DNA from: Haliotis rufescens | Lineage: Eukaryota | Assembly (NCBI RefSeq): GCF_023055435.1 | Contig: NW_025964235.1 | Span: 1,550,001 to 1,614,000 of the forward strand | Length of the DNA stretch: 64,000 nucleotides | Direction: 5' to 3' | Shown here: positions 1 to 13,307 of the stretch, one piece after another | Numbering within the stretch: the first letter of the stretch is position 1 | How the letters are laid out: every line of letters starts with the position of its first letter | Position numbers and translations under genes: made by a program | Notes under the pieces: generated by a model | The model's input: only the letters and a program-made list of their open reading frames with translations | Databases searched by the model: none | Told to the model about the DNA's origin: nothing

Positions 1-68
1 ACCAATAAAAATGGCTTGCTTAACTACCAACATCTGTTGAAACTAATATGTTGGCATTTTAAGTGTTA

Positions 69-338
69 GAGTTGGGTTTAACGCCACTTTTAACAGTATT
101 CCAGTTATATCACAGCGTGTCAGCTTAATGTGGGAGGAAAGCCTGAAGTGATGCAGGTCTCATACATTTACCATTTCAGTGAAACCCACGAGCACGGGTA
201 CGGTGCTGACAAACCTAGAAACATAATCGGGGCAAACCGGGATTCGAACCCACAATCATAGGTTTCTGGCATGCCATTGGGCGCCATTCCTCACAACGAA
301 TCGCAGTGCCTTAGACAACTGGGCCACCGGTGCCCCCC
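69..338 (-). mobile_element. tRNA-headed SINE, family C
   Basis: A box and B box (GGTTCGAATCC) on the minus strand; dispersed copies at about 7394-7580, 17781-18042, 23005-23120, 35559-35813, 37620-37842. Confidence 0.8.
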
Positions 339-560
339 TTGGCATTGTAAGAAAACAAGCACCTTAAAGAACGGGACAGTGCTGACATAAGTCTGGAGTG
401 TTATGAAGATGTCAACCGCCTGACTCCCCTAACAAGGGACACACTACACTTGAAATACAGTGTTGGAGGTTCAAAAAAGGACCAATAGACTGAAAACTGA
501 TGTTTACTAGTTCAGGTGGACATAGATGGGTATAATAATAAAATAACAATCTGTACGTAC

Positions 561-3500
561 CAACTGAACCTGGGTTTTCAACTGGTGTATGATTACACAT
601 CACTAGTGCTTCCACAGCATCGGCTTTGTTATCAAACTCTGCAAGACCCGACGAGCTCCTCTCTGCTGGGAAAACAGCAAATCATCTTCATAGGAATGTA
701 CCTGTCATATACTTGTGGTTGGTACAGGTCAAATCAGTGCTATTAAGGCCTTGACAGCCATCTCAAATAAGATGTAGAATTTGTTAAAAGCAGATAAAGC
801 AGTACTCAAATGAAGGAAATACAGACACCTTGCTTTTAATCATCACAAAACTATTGGAATTGCAGGAGAGCAATGTTACTTGACACATCAAAACTACTCC
901 AGGGAATCAGTGCTGAGTGAACAAACATTTTAAACTGACAGAAAAACACTTACTCTTGGAAGGAAACAATTTGACTTGCATTGGTTTCTTTACTTCAGCT
1001 TTCTCAAAAATCTGGAAACAATGAAAATGCCATGACAACACATACATGAAGAACAATGCATATGTTCAAACAGAAGACATGTTAACAATTGAGTCCAGAC
1101 ACTTCAAGTCTTTGGGAAGAATCATTAAAAACATTGAATGATGACCATGTTGTAAGCTGTTACACATTGCACAGATCTGGTTTAGTATATATAACAGTGC
1201 ATAGTAATGAAAGCAAACCTTTTCAATATCCTCTGCTGTGATGCCAGGTGGGGTATTGAAGAAATGCAACACTTTTGCCGGGCCCTGGACTCTTGAAGAA
1301 GGTTAAGGAAAGTATCACAGCACATCATACCTAAACATTCCTTCTGTATAGTAAAGATGACCGTTTTACCTAATGTATCTCAAACACTGCTTCTTGGTTT
1401 GTTTGTTATTTAATGCTGAACTAAGCAACATTCCAGCTATATGATGACAGTCTGTAAATAATCAAGTCTGGTCCAGGCAATCTGACATTAGCATCAAATC
1501 CACGCAATTGGATACGAAACAAAATCAGCGAGACTGACCATCTGTCAGTAGCCTCTTACGACATGCATAGTCGCCTCGTATGGCAAGCATGGGTTGCTGA
1601 AAACCTATTCTCTACATAATCTTCACGGGTCTGCTTCATGGTACAGAGATGAATAAAAGCGTATACAAACTTCAATTTGTAGTATTGAGCACATTGATGT
1701 ATTGTTCCAAGCTTAGATTTAGGCAAAAACATTGGACAACATTTTTCTCTCCAGGGACAAAAGAACATGCTATTTATTTAGTTCCAAACTGTTGTCATGT
1801 GGTGACTGCAATTTGTGAAGGATATTGTTCTTCTTGGCTGCCTCTGGGTTAGTGAAGCGGTTGTTCCTGTTGCCCATGAAGTCCATGTAGGAGGGTGTTC
1901 CATCGGGCAGCTCATGGGGGTTCATCACATCCTGAAGGAATGCTTGTTTTGAAGGGCTGAAAACACAAAGAAAACATGGTCAGAAACATCGTTTGAAGGA
2001 CATCCCTTTAATTGCATAAAGACAATAACACAACAAAATCTCAACAACTTAACTTCTTTTTGACAAAATTTGTTTTTTTTGTACCACTAGCTTCTCTTAA
2101 TTTTTTTCTGACAAAGACGTGCAGTTTAACTTTTAACTGAGGAAATGTATGAGTAGTTCAAGTCAACTGATGCATACTGGTCTCTAGGTCAAGACAATTT
2201 GTGATATCAACATCAGGGTTGAGACATACCTGAGCTGCATCTTGTTGTCGAAGAAGAATGTGTTGTGCAGGTTGAGGATCGCTCGTTCCACAGACATGCC
2301 GTCACCAAGCTGAACCATGGCAGAACCTTCCTTGCTCTTCAGGAACTTCACCTGCAGGAACAGGTCATGAACAATTTCAGGACACTTGGAAGACATAACT
2401 CACATCATATGGATCTTAAACCGATATTACTAATCAGAAGTTGGGAACCTAAGACTTAAGACACTTTGCCTAAATCACTGCAGTATGCATTTGCTCAGCA
2501 AATGAGAAAATCACAAACTTTAGGAGTCCTATTCATCCCACTATAAACGAATGAGGTGACTGAACTGAGGACAATTAGAATAACTTACCCTGACAACGTT
2601 GCCATAGAGACAGAAGAGATTAAAGAGCCTCTCACAGTTGAGCTTGGCCATGTTGAGACCGTACACCATGACTACAGCTCCTTGTTGGCTGCTGCTTGGG
2701 GGGCCCATCATGCCCTGGTCAGGGTAGTGCTGAGGGGGGCCGTAACGATCCTACAACCAACAGTGGCCACATCAAAGAAACATCCTCCAATCTTCACCTG
2801 TCTACCCCCTTTGACACAGTTTACCCTCGACTTGAGCACTTCCATATCATAAGATTCTTTAGCATACTCTTAGGACAGAGACCTCTAAACTTTGAATTTG
2901 AACCAGGATGACCTCATGATACAACTATCAAAACATATTGCATGACCATCGTACCTGTCTGTGACCGTATCTGTCAGGAGGGCCATTGTATGGAGCACCT
3001 CGTGGAGATGGCCCTGGGCCATAGCCACTGTCATACTCCTGTTCATAATAGCCTGATGGACCTGCCCCGTAGCCCCCACCATAGCCACCCCCACTGCCAC
3101 CATGGGCAGTGTGCCCACTCCCCCCTCGGTTGAAGTCTGGGCCATCTATAAAACAAGTGGACGATTAATAAACAAATAAATAAAACCTATTTATTTCAGT
3201 TACTTGAGAAATGGTTGTAATCAACAGAACTGAAGGTTTAATGATTGACTGTATGGTATGATAGTAGAATGTAACTTAAACATTGTCATTGTTTTCCTTT
3301 ACAGGGTACTTTGTGCAACGAGGTGGTGATGAACACCGAATGTGTGGAATGTGTTGCAACTCAACAGCATGCAGTAACACATATGAGATTTATCACATAC
3401 CATGCATACCGGGGCCCTCTTCTACCATTCCATCTAAACACAACAGTTAAGGGATTTACAACATACCCCTGACTTGAGATTGCATAGAGATGGGGGGATG

Positions 3501-6500
3501 GGTTGTGTAGGCTACTATAACCATCATGTTACTACACAATAACTAGGTCAGGAGAATAAATCTTTTCCGAGACTTTTATCTGTTCAATTATTCAAATTTT
3601 AAAATGGATGCCAGCTGATGAATATCATAAAACAAATTTAAGACCATTTGGTCAAAATAAACGTGTTATGTAAAAACTTGACGAAGCCGTCAGAATAAAA
3701 CTGTTAATCAAATTGTTCAACTTTATACAATCCTATAGCTGTTATACACACTGATCTGGCTGTTTCTGAATGTATGTTTCAATGTTCAAGTGATAGATTT
3801 ATGTAAGCAATACGTACTGTATGGAGTAGGGCCTCCTCCCATCCTTGGGTCCGCCAACAGGGGCTGGCCTCGATGACCTCCCTGGTCCGCACCTGAAAGA
3901 CACCTTCAGCTTAATTGACATCTAATTCGGGTCTATCAATATTCCTTAGCATTTTCTGGTGTTGGCAAATACAATTTCCTCCAACAACAATCTAAGATGC
4001 CCAAAAGGTTGATTTAACAGTTTCTTGGCACCATGCTCAGATCCAAACAGTGGAACCAGAGAAGGGCTTTATTCGAGCCTCATTCTGGATCCTTTAATGG
4101 TATAGTACCTGGGTAAACTCCATGACATCAATTACCGGTATGCATCATACTTTCAAAACAGTAGCATTGATGAAACAAATCATTAGGGCACAATGAAAAT
4201 TCCCAAGTGAGCTGCAAAAAAGATTTCAGCAAATCTTCAAAAATTTACAGTAAGATCAGTATATATGTACCCAGGATTATCAGATCTTCACATTGTTCAC
4301 ACTTTACATGATCATTCTTTACTATGCAGTATTTAATCCAAAGTCTTGAAATTAGGTTATTCATATTTCAATGATTTTTAAGAGTGGTTATTTCACTAAA
4401 AGTCTCAGAATTTGGGATGAAACACAAACAAGGCATTTAAATGTGATGCCTGCTGTTGTCAAATCAGACAGTGAGGGAAGGGAGATAATCCTGATGGGAA
4501 CATATCAAAATCACCATTACAAGTGGAGGATATTTCTACATATGAACATTACAGCAGTACAAAACAGATAGGTTGTACAAGTAGGAAGAGACTGTTACAT
4601 GAAAGTAAGCACCAGTTTGAGTACCATCTACTGTGACCCACAGCTTAACGAAGGACAGGCTTTACCAGTTATCTCCCTTGATGCAGGAAGTCTACAGAAG
4701 TCCCGAGGCAAGAAGCACCTTGAACACACATCCAGGGGAGGGGCACGTAGCACCTCCTACTTACAACCCTCTCCAGGTGCTTGGTTTCATCTCATGCCCT
4801 TGGCCAGTTGTGACCGACCCTGTTCAAGGTACAATCAATTGAAATTATCAGTTTTTATCTGTCTGTCAGCCTGTTTGAAGTAAAGTGTGTTTCTGCTGTG
4901 AGTCTTGATGTTCTTCGAGTATGAGCTTGCACAGGTTTGCTGACAATTCTGATAGTACTGCAAGATGTATTGTGTTCAGTCTTCAAGTGACTACCTGTGC
5001 CAACATGTATATCTCTACTGCATATTTCACACTTGCAGGCATTGTCTTGTGCTTATCCTTCGGTGTCACGTGTAACTGCTACACAGTGATGTATTTCTGT
5101 TTGACAAGCTGAGGAGGGTCTTGTGTTCTGTCCTACTACTGTCCTATGTTTGTGTCGTGGCAACCTGGCAGGCTACTGGGGCTGCATTGACTGCCGACAC
5201 TGCTGAGGCAGTGAATCCTCGTGTGACTGTTATGGAGATGGTTGTTGTGAAGGGCTGCAGGAAGGGTCAAGCTGTACCTAATGGTTGCCCACAAAGTAGG
5301 GAAGGAAGCCTGCTGGCCATGTGACAATGTATGGAGCTGTCATCATCTGTCCTATAGCTGTAGGGAGTCTGAGATGGCAGACAGAATTGAGCCGGCTCAC
5401 AGTATTGGGTCAGCTGTTGCCTCGTGTACATAGGGGTGTATTGTAAAGATAGTTTCAAACATTCTACTTCTGTCTAGAGTAAGGAAGAGCTGTAATGTTA
5501 GTAATGTAGTATAAGATCATTGCAAAGCAAAGACCTTTTGTTCATATGCAGTAATCAAAGACAAAGTCAGTATTAGAGAAAGGCAGTTAACAATCAAAGT
5601 TACCAAAGAATGTACAACTTGCATAATGTGATCATAACACGTTACATACTTCTTTGGCATGCAATAAAAAATGGACATCTGTAAATATCTGAATGCAAAA
5701 GACATGGAGAAATCCACTAAGCTTGTACAATTTAACTCTTGGCCATGTGGTACATCGGACTCGTAGCATGCAAAGAACGACTGAACCAGGTCTACGGCAC
5801 CCATTACAAGCTGACAGATTCAAAGCAATCTGGGACAAGAATAGTTGGTTGTATGTGATGAGAGCATTTCCCTGGGAAAAACAAATGTTTCCAAATATTG
5901 CATGGATTATGGAGAAACTGTTTCAAAAAGGATGTCATTCTGCCTTTCCTCAAACATGTGACTAACACAATGTATGTCTCCCAAATTGATTTGAAATTTG
6001 TGATCATGCAAGTGAAAATAAGTTCATAGTAATCGTGACATTAGATACATTCTTGGTGGCCATATTTGCAAATGGCAACTGTGACATGTATATATACAAA
6101 TATTGCCATGTAAATGTTGCACGAAAAATGTGTTGATCTCAAAACAATAGGGGTAATGTTTCTCATCTGTACACAGGTCCTACAGATGGAAGCAATATGT
6201 AGATTCATTGTTGTGTTATGTTCGACATATAATACAAGCGAAGATCATGTACAGTAAAATGTGTGAACTGACAATATTAAAACAAGACATTCACTGACTA
6301 ATACACAAGAAGCTTAATAAGCCATTCAACACTTATGAAAATGGCAGTATCACTTACATGGTCTACTAATGAAACGAGAACACTGTACTGTTTTCTGTTC
6401 AGTTACTTTTCTGTTGCTTAATCCAAATAGGAAATAACAAAGCAGTCCTGACAAATCCATAACTGAACTTACTCAAACTTATCACCACAAAAGCACTAAC

Positions 6501-9500
6501 TGCAACAAGTGCTAAAAGTAATATACATCAAGGTGAAAATATCTAGGACTAACAGGAAAGATTATTGAACATGTCGAAGTGTCTTTCCTTCATGTATTAC
6601 TTGACAGAAGGCCATTTTAAGTTATTCTTACCTAGGTTGGGATTGGTATAATCTCGGCTCTCGTTATCATTCCGCACAACATTCAGACGTGTTGGCTGCA
6701 AGGAAGATTTGAATGATCATGAATTTAGCAATCATTGAAAGATACAGGTATACAGACTTGACTCTTGGCGTCATTGTCAGCTGAAATGTTAGAATATGGA
6801 CTATCTGAGCTTACATGACCAAATATGTGTTTACTGGAGTCACGTTTCAGATGAGTGGCTGACATCAAGACTAAATGAGACTTGAAATGAATAAAATCAG
6901 AAATATAAAGACTACAGTCCATTTCATCATATCATTTCTGTAAATGAGTAAGTGGCGTCCTTGTACTAACATAAGGGAGATTATTGCTTATTGCCAATCA
7001 GCAGTCTTGCAACTGTTGACGGCGACTGTACCAAGATAAACAGGATACCTGTTTTTTAAGGACATTATGAAGACATTTAGGCATGCGTAGTTTTCTCCAT
7101 TTGAACGCTGCTCCTCAAGTACTCACCTTGGCATACTCTATCTTGAGGGTGCAGCACCCAGAGTAGATGTCGGCCCCATTCAGGGACTGTTTGCCCCGCT
7201 TAGCAGACTCAACACTGTCAAATCTTGGAAGGTTAAGGGCAACAGACAGACAAGTTTTCTGGACATGGAACTGATCAGTGGTGCATACAATTTATGAGAT
7301 GTGGGGTTGTAGTGGGTTCAACAGGTCTAGTAGAGCCATTAACATTGTCACAACTACAAAATACAGAAGTCATACACTTGCACATTGATTTTGAGTGAGT
7401 GAGAGAGACGGGCTAAATGCCGCTTTGAACGTCCAAGACATTTACCATTTTGATCAAACTTACGAGCATGTCTATGGTGCTGACAAACTGAGAATCATAA
7501 TTGGGATGAACCAGGATTCGAAAACATGATCATAGGTTTCTTATGTGCCCAAGGGATGCAACTCTGCATAGCGAATTGCAAAGCAAGGAATAATATGTTT
7601 TCAGCAATCAATAGATGGATTGAATGGAAGATACCAGGGATGTATCTAGGCTTCCAAACAAAGTGACCTTGGCAGGTAAATTGGGGGGAAACTTCATTTG
7701 ATCCAAGACTTAAAAACAACAACAAAACAATTGGTTCTCAGGCAATGTTTTTTGAAAATAGAGTGCAGGCGGGGGTTGTATTTCTTTGGGCTTGTTCAAA
7801 CTAGTATGTAACCATGGTAACCAAATAAACAGTTGTGTACAATTAACCTGGGCAAGGGCCTCCTACATACAGAGCTCCAGATAACTTTTTGACAAATGAG
7901 TTTTCACTCTAGGGTTTCTATTTTGATTGGTTATTACATTTTTCATTGGGTAACCAATATTTTTTCACTCATCCATTCATCACTATTGGATATTTCCCAA
8001 AATTAGTGAACATTTTTTTTAAGATTTAAAAAAATGAAATAATGTTTTAGATGTATATTACTGTTCTAAATATATAGGCTTGACTATGAAAGTAAATTAG
8101 CTCCTTTGTACGCATGCTGAAAAAGCTTAATTGGGTATTTATGCGAGCTATTTTTATACATTTGTGTTTTTCATTTAATGCATGTGTTTCAGTACGCATG
8201 TTAATTGAAAGTAATTGGGTTTTGAATATTGGGGATTTTACGTAAATACATTGCTTATCTGTAGCTCTGTACATAAATGTATTCCTTGAGTAAAATACTG
8301 GAATACAGTGTTTGACTACCATTGGATTTGGAATATTGAAGGATATTTTTTGGTTTTTAAAAAAAATGGAAATAAAAATGAAACGTGCAATGAACTTTAT
8401 GATGCGGGCGGTGCCTGAGAACCAAGACTTTTTGTTTGCCGAAATTGGGATTTTTAAAGTAATATTTCCTTAAATTCAGAGGTAGTTAAACATTGTATTT
8501 TAACATTGCTTTCAATGAAATGAAGCCTCTTCTACAGGTCACAATCAGTGAAATGCAACATATGCAAAACTTAACATCAGTGATAACTAGATTAATAACA
8601 TGAATTGGATGTCTTCAAATCATATTTAGGAATAAGTATCAACATTTGCTGAAGACTTGGGACCAAATATCGACCTCTGTGCAGGTTTAGGTAAGTCCCT
8701 GGATACAATACAAATGTCAGGAAAACGATTGCTAGAAATTCAAATAGGTGGGAGTGACTTTTGCAATGAGCATTTTCCCATGAATTTATTTTCAACACCA
8801 AATCTCATCACCAGCTGAGATAAGACAAAGGATACTCGACCATAGCCTGAACACCATTCTTCTTGAAGATGACAATTCTGAGAACTTGTCCATATGGACT
8901 GCAGATAGTGTGCATCACATCCTGAAACCAAGAGTGTTGATGTTGCAACTTGTACATCACACCAGCAATATAACACTTGTGTCACAGCAGCAGGGAAACC
9001 AAACTAGGCTCACAGTGGTACATAACTGTCAACACCCATCCATACATTATGACAACTAGACAGAGCAACTGACAGAACTATTCATCTTAGGAGCACAAGA
9101 CAACCCCGCCCCTCCCAGCTGTCTGTGACAAGCATTGTGGGACATTCTGCTGAATTCCCCAAGTGAACCTGGGAATGCTATATGACAAAGTCATATCCAC
9201 CGGCAGGATAGAGAGATGAGCGTGTACACTTGCCAACATGTGGTCATTCCAAGTGAAATTAGATGAACCTACCACTGTGATGGGGTACTGAGGGTTGAGG
9301 ATGGTGAACAGCAGCACGTGGTTCGCAGGTCGGGTATCCTCAGGGTCTCTGCAACAGGATGCAGTCATCTTACCAATACAGGGACACATGTAACATAACT
9401 AAACAGATCAGAATTGCTTTAGGCAACATATCCATAAGGCTAGATCACATCAGACAAGTTGTCACATGAGTGACAATACCACACACTGTTCACAGAGCAA

Positions 9501-12500
9501 GTTCCATAACCACAGAGAACACCTTACCATGCCTTACAAATATTACGGATGTTAGCATTTAATGTTGCTCATTTTCATAATCATCTTAATATAAAATCTT
9601 AATATAAAATCTAAACATGCTTTCATGGATTTGCATAAATGCCTTTGTTTATTCGGAGTAAATTACTCACACAGAGTTAAGGAACAATGCGACTATAGCA
9701 TGGCATGATGGACGATGTCTAGTGTCTGCCCACAACCTTCAGTGTACAAAATGAAGGATGGTCCCTGACGTTTGCTCCTATCATCTGGGAATTGTGGGAG
9801 CCCTTAAATTTGTGATGTTTAACATCAGGGTTATGTTAATATTTAACAGGGCATACATACCCAGGTCTCTGAATCTTTTGGCTTGTGGAGAAGTTGAAGA
9901 ATGCAGGCTGAGCTGCCACGTAAATAGCACTAGTCTGAAATGTCAAAACATGGAAATAGAACCAGAAATATACATCATGTTGACAAAACATTCACGTTAA
10001 TAGAGAAAAGTTTTATTACATTACTTTCATCTTGATGATGAAATACAAATGAATCATTCAGGCGTATCTATATTGGAAAATAAATCGTACCTGAGCATAA
10101 TCTACACAGTTCCGTGCACCAGTGATTTTCTGTAACAGAAAACATGCACAGATTAATTCATGGTTATCAAAGAACTCATGTCAAATAAAAACTTAATAGC
10201 AAAACAATCTAACTTCTTATCTTGACAGACCCCGAGACAGTGATCTTTTTCATAGCTTTCCCTAGCAGGATAAAGATTCTACTTTCCCAATGGTTGGTCC
10301 ATATATGCTAATAATACATGATCTAGGGACCTGTACATGCTTTTTGTGGCAAATATCTTATATTCTGATTATGAACCTTATCAATCTGTGAACTACAGAG
10401 ATTAGTATGACTCTTGCTAGGAACATCAGATATTAACTTGCAAAGACCTCACTCATCTGAAGCATTTTCAGGATACCTTAGTTCACAAAATGTGCTGTAA
10501 ATTAAAGAAACTACCCCATACTGTACTAGCAGGACTAGGTTCCACACTATCCTCACAGCCTTTACCTCGAATTCTATGAGTGCTTGTCTCTTTCTTGGCA
10601 TCATAATCACATCTCTGAAAGAAAATGTGAGAATATTTGACAACTTTCATACTTTTACCCATTACAATGAAGCCATTCTCATTCTGAGTAAAACTTGTAG
10701 ATCAACTTTATAAATCTGTTCCTGTGGAACAAAATGTAATGGATCAATATAAAGGTGCTTCATGAGAATGTCTTAACATTCTGTGTAGCTACATACTTAG
10801 TATTCAGTATAGATAAATCTACATTATTTTATGTGATATCAATAATAGCATTATCATTTTCATTACAGATATGTGACACCAGTGTAGAATGCAACATTTA
10901 TATAACACGGCGTCTATACCTGACAGTTCCAAAGTGCTGGACAGCTTCTACCAGATCTGCTTCTATAGCCGACTCTGACAGGCCTCGCACATGCACCACA
11001 CAAGATGGTGCGGGTTTATGCGGATCATCAAATTTTTCCTACAACACAGAAACAAATGATGTATCAGTAAACATTGAAGGGTTAGGTAGTTAAGGGAATT
11101 CTAGCCTACACCATGTACATGGTTAATGTAGGATTGTAGTAAGAATATTGTTCACATGTTTGCTATTAACAGATCAACTTGATCAACATATAACGAAATC
11201 TTAATGTCAATCAGTCAAAACATTTAACATGTACAACTATCAAACATGTCTCAGTGGACATTGTGTAAACCAAGGTTTGTCTGATAAAACCGTTACTGGT
11301 ACGTTATTGGGAGCACATTTTGGGCATTTTGAAGGAGACCAGCGTTCTCAATCTCAAAGAGAGGGTTGGCTTCGACTTGAAAAACTTCTTATAAAGCATT
11401 AATTATGTTAACATGGTTAAGGAGCCACTAGAATAGTTTGTCATAACAATGATAAATGTCTGTGACCATATAAATAAAAACCCTTCATATGGAACTACTG
11501 TATAAAATGCAGTTTTAAAAAGAAATATGGCGTCCTGTCCCACATGACAAGTTAGTTGATAGGTGAAATCAATAACAATATAAGAAAATGTGTTTTCTAA
11601 GTTACTTGCCAATAAAACAATTATGAAGTGGATATCCTGTTGTGAAAACGCATATGTGAAACTTCATATATATATATATATATATTCATTTTGCAAGAAC
11701 AAAGTGTGTTGGTTACTGAAGTTGGTCATTGGGAACAATCATCTAGTAGACTCAAGTTTAGGCACAGACCATCTTCCCGGGGCCAAACTAGGCTGGAATT
11801 ACTGGGCTCGATCGTAGCGCCACCAGTGGCTATTACCAGTTATGTCCCTTATAAGCCTCTCCTATGGACTAATCAGATTCTACTTCACGTGTCACTTGTG
11901 TTTGCTTCACACAAAATGGTGGCGCCCAGTCAGGACGATCTGATCGATAATCAAGATCTATATTGTGATAAAATGGGCCTTACATAGCGAAATGCATCAA
12001 ATCATGTGAGCACCTTGATTAAAAACATAAGATTTGGAAAATATCTGCTGACGAGTTGGCAGTGCACATGCTTTGCAATCCAGCAATCAACCGAAATCTG
12101 CACGACAGTTTACGAACCAGATTTTGATTTCAGTGCGCGATTTTGATTGGACTATGTATAGACTCGTTAGCCCAGCCGAAATGTAACTCCATAATACCAG
12201 CCTAGTTCGGCAAGGGTGGAAACTGGACTTTTAAAGTCAGTTAACTCTCTTGCCTCGGGAAGATGGGCAGAGACTGATGATTGTTCCCAATGTATCACAC
12301 CCATTGAATCATATTAATTCCACTGAAACATATTGCTACTTAGATGCATGTGCTGTTTCTAGGTGCATCACAACATCAATTATAAAACACATTTTGACGA
12401 CCTGGGACTGTCAGTTAGACACTATACCCATCTGGAAATTTGAAAACTGGTTTCAACACGATGGGAATGCCTTGACTAGCCATGTAAGCTGCTATTCCAA

Positions 12501-13307
12501 TCAGGAAAGCATAAATCATAATATTGGCAGAACTAATGGGGCTGAAATGCCTAAGTGGAGCCTTGAATCTTTACTTCATTATTTTGAATGTCGACTGCCG
12601 ATGTATGGAAGCTAATGCAAAAGCAGTTATTTCAGTTTCAAAGTCTAAAAGATTATACAACTGATTATGTAGGTGTAACAAAAAAATTAAGATTTACTGG
12701 CCTTTGGCTTCACTTCCTCTTTATCATCCATTTTATGTGGTCTAATTTTAATTGCCGTCCATCTAAATATGAAATTTAGAGCAAACTTTTATCCACAATC
12801 AATGAAGAAATCAATCATTCAGCAGGTGAAAAGGAGGATATCTGAATACGGATTGAACAATGAAATCTTATGACGACCAACATGGCCGGAAACCATGCCG
12901 CTCGAAGAGGATCATGGGAACCACTTTCCTATGCAGTCTACACCTTTTACAGATTTTGACCTATTTCTATACCCCTCTACACTATTTTACAAGCATATTC
13001 ATGAAACATATTGCATTAGACCGCTTTCTTGTTAAGGATGGATTTCAAAGGCATTTACAGGTAGCAAAATCTTCAACCAAATAGAAAAACGTAGATTACT
13101 GGGGCGCGGACGACTACCAACGCCTAGACCTGACCTACTTTTACATTTTCAACCAAACAACCGGAAATTTAAAAAAGTGAACGCAGAACATTTAACAACA
13201 AGGAAAATCTGTTCTGAACAGCATGTTGCAGATACCATTGATCCAGGCATTCCGAGCATTCCATCATCTGTTCTCTGTCTCTTTGAAAGGTGACCGTCGT
13301 ACGACAT
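561..13307 (-). CDS. HNRNPL: Heterogeneous nuclear ribonucleoprotein L family protein (hnRNP L/LL, 4 RRMs), multi-exon, 3' end outside the window
   Basis: Exons (minus): 13307-13236, 11038-10920, 10614-10566, 10129-10091, 9934-9861, 9348-9273, 8921-8836, 7223-7127, 6695-6632, 3892-3818, 3433-3401 (microexon, less sure), 3145-2955, 2750-2589, 2351-2230, 1956-1826, 1292-1219, 1011-954, 665-561. Splice phases are all compatible. Translation has hnRNP L signatures: DDPHKPAPSCVVHVRGL, MPRKRQALIEFE, NHVLLFTILNPQYPITV, IVIFKKNGVQAMVEFD, LNGADIYSGCCTLKIEYAKPTRLNV, LFNLFCLYGNV, NNRFTNPEAAKKNR, VLHFFN, ERSSSGL. Confidence 0.95.
1293..1825 (-). other. U12-type intron with AT-AA (alternatively AT-AG) termini
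   Basis: Donor ATATCCTT at 1825-1818; branch point TTTCCTTAAC at 1311-1302; the reading frame is kept with an acceptor ending AA (1293) or AG (1290). Confidence 0.9.
1395..1630 (-). mobile_element. SINE-like retroposon family B (structured head, (AAAC)n tail)
   Basis: Matches copies at 14380-14600, 17145-17410, 22485-22710, 25816-26085, 30783-31012, 31175-31418, 37907-38131, 60667-60905. Confidence 0.8.
7224..8835 (-). other. U12-type GT-AG intron
   Basis: Donor GTATCCTTT at 8835-8827; branch CCTTAAC followed by only 8 nt (cttccaag) to the exon; no long pyrimidine tract. Confidence 0.92.
7731..8425. mobile_element. Nested MITEs inside the U12 intron
   Basis: Outer inverted repeat ttggttctcaggca / tgcctgagaaccaa; inner element 7868-8271 TA-cagagctccagataa ... 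ttatctgtagctctg-TA. Confidence 0.65.

Noticed and set aside
2825-2884. Possible 60-nt stop-containing exon in the hnRNP L intron 2751-2954
   Set aside because: Splice signals are mediocre and flanking introns would be only about 70 nt; there is no support without RNA data.
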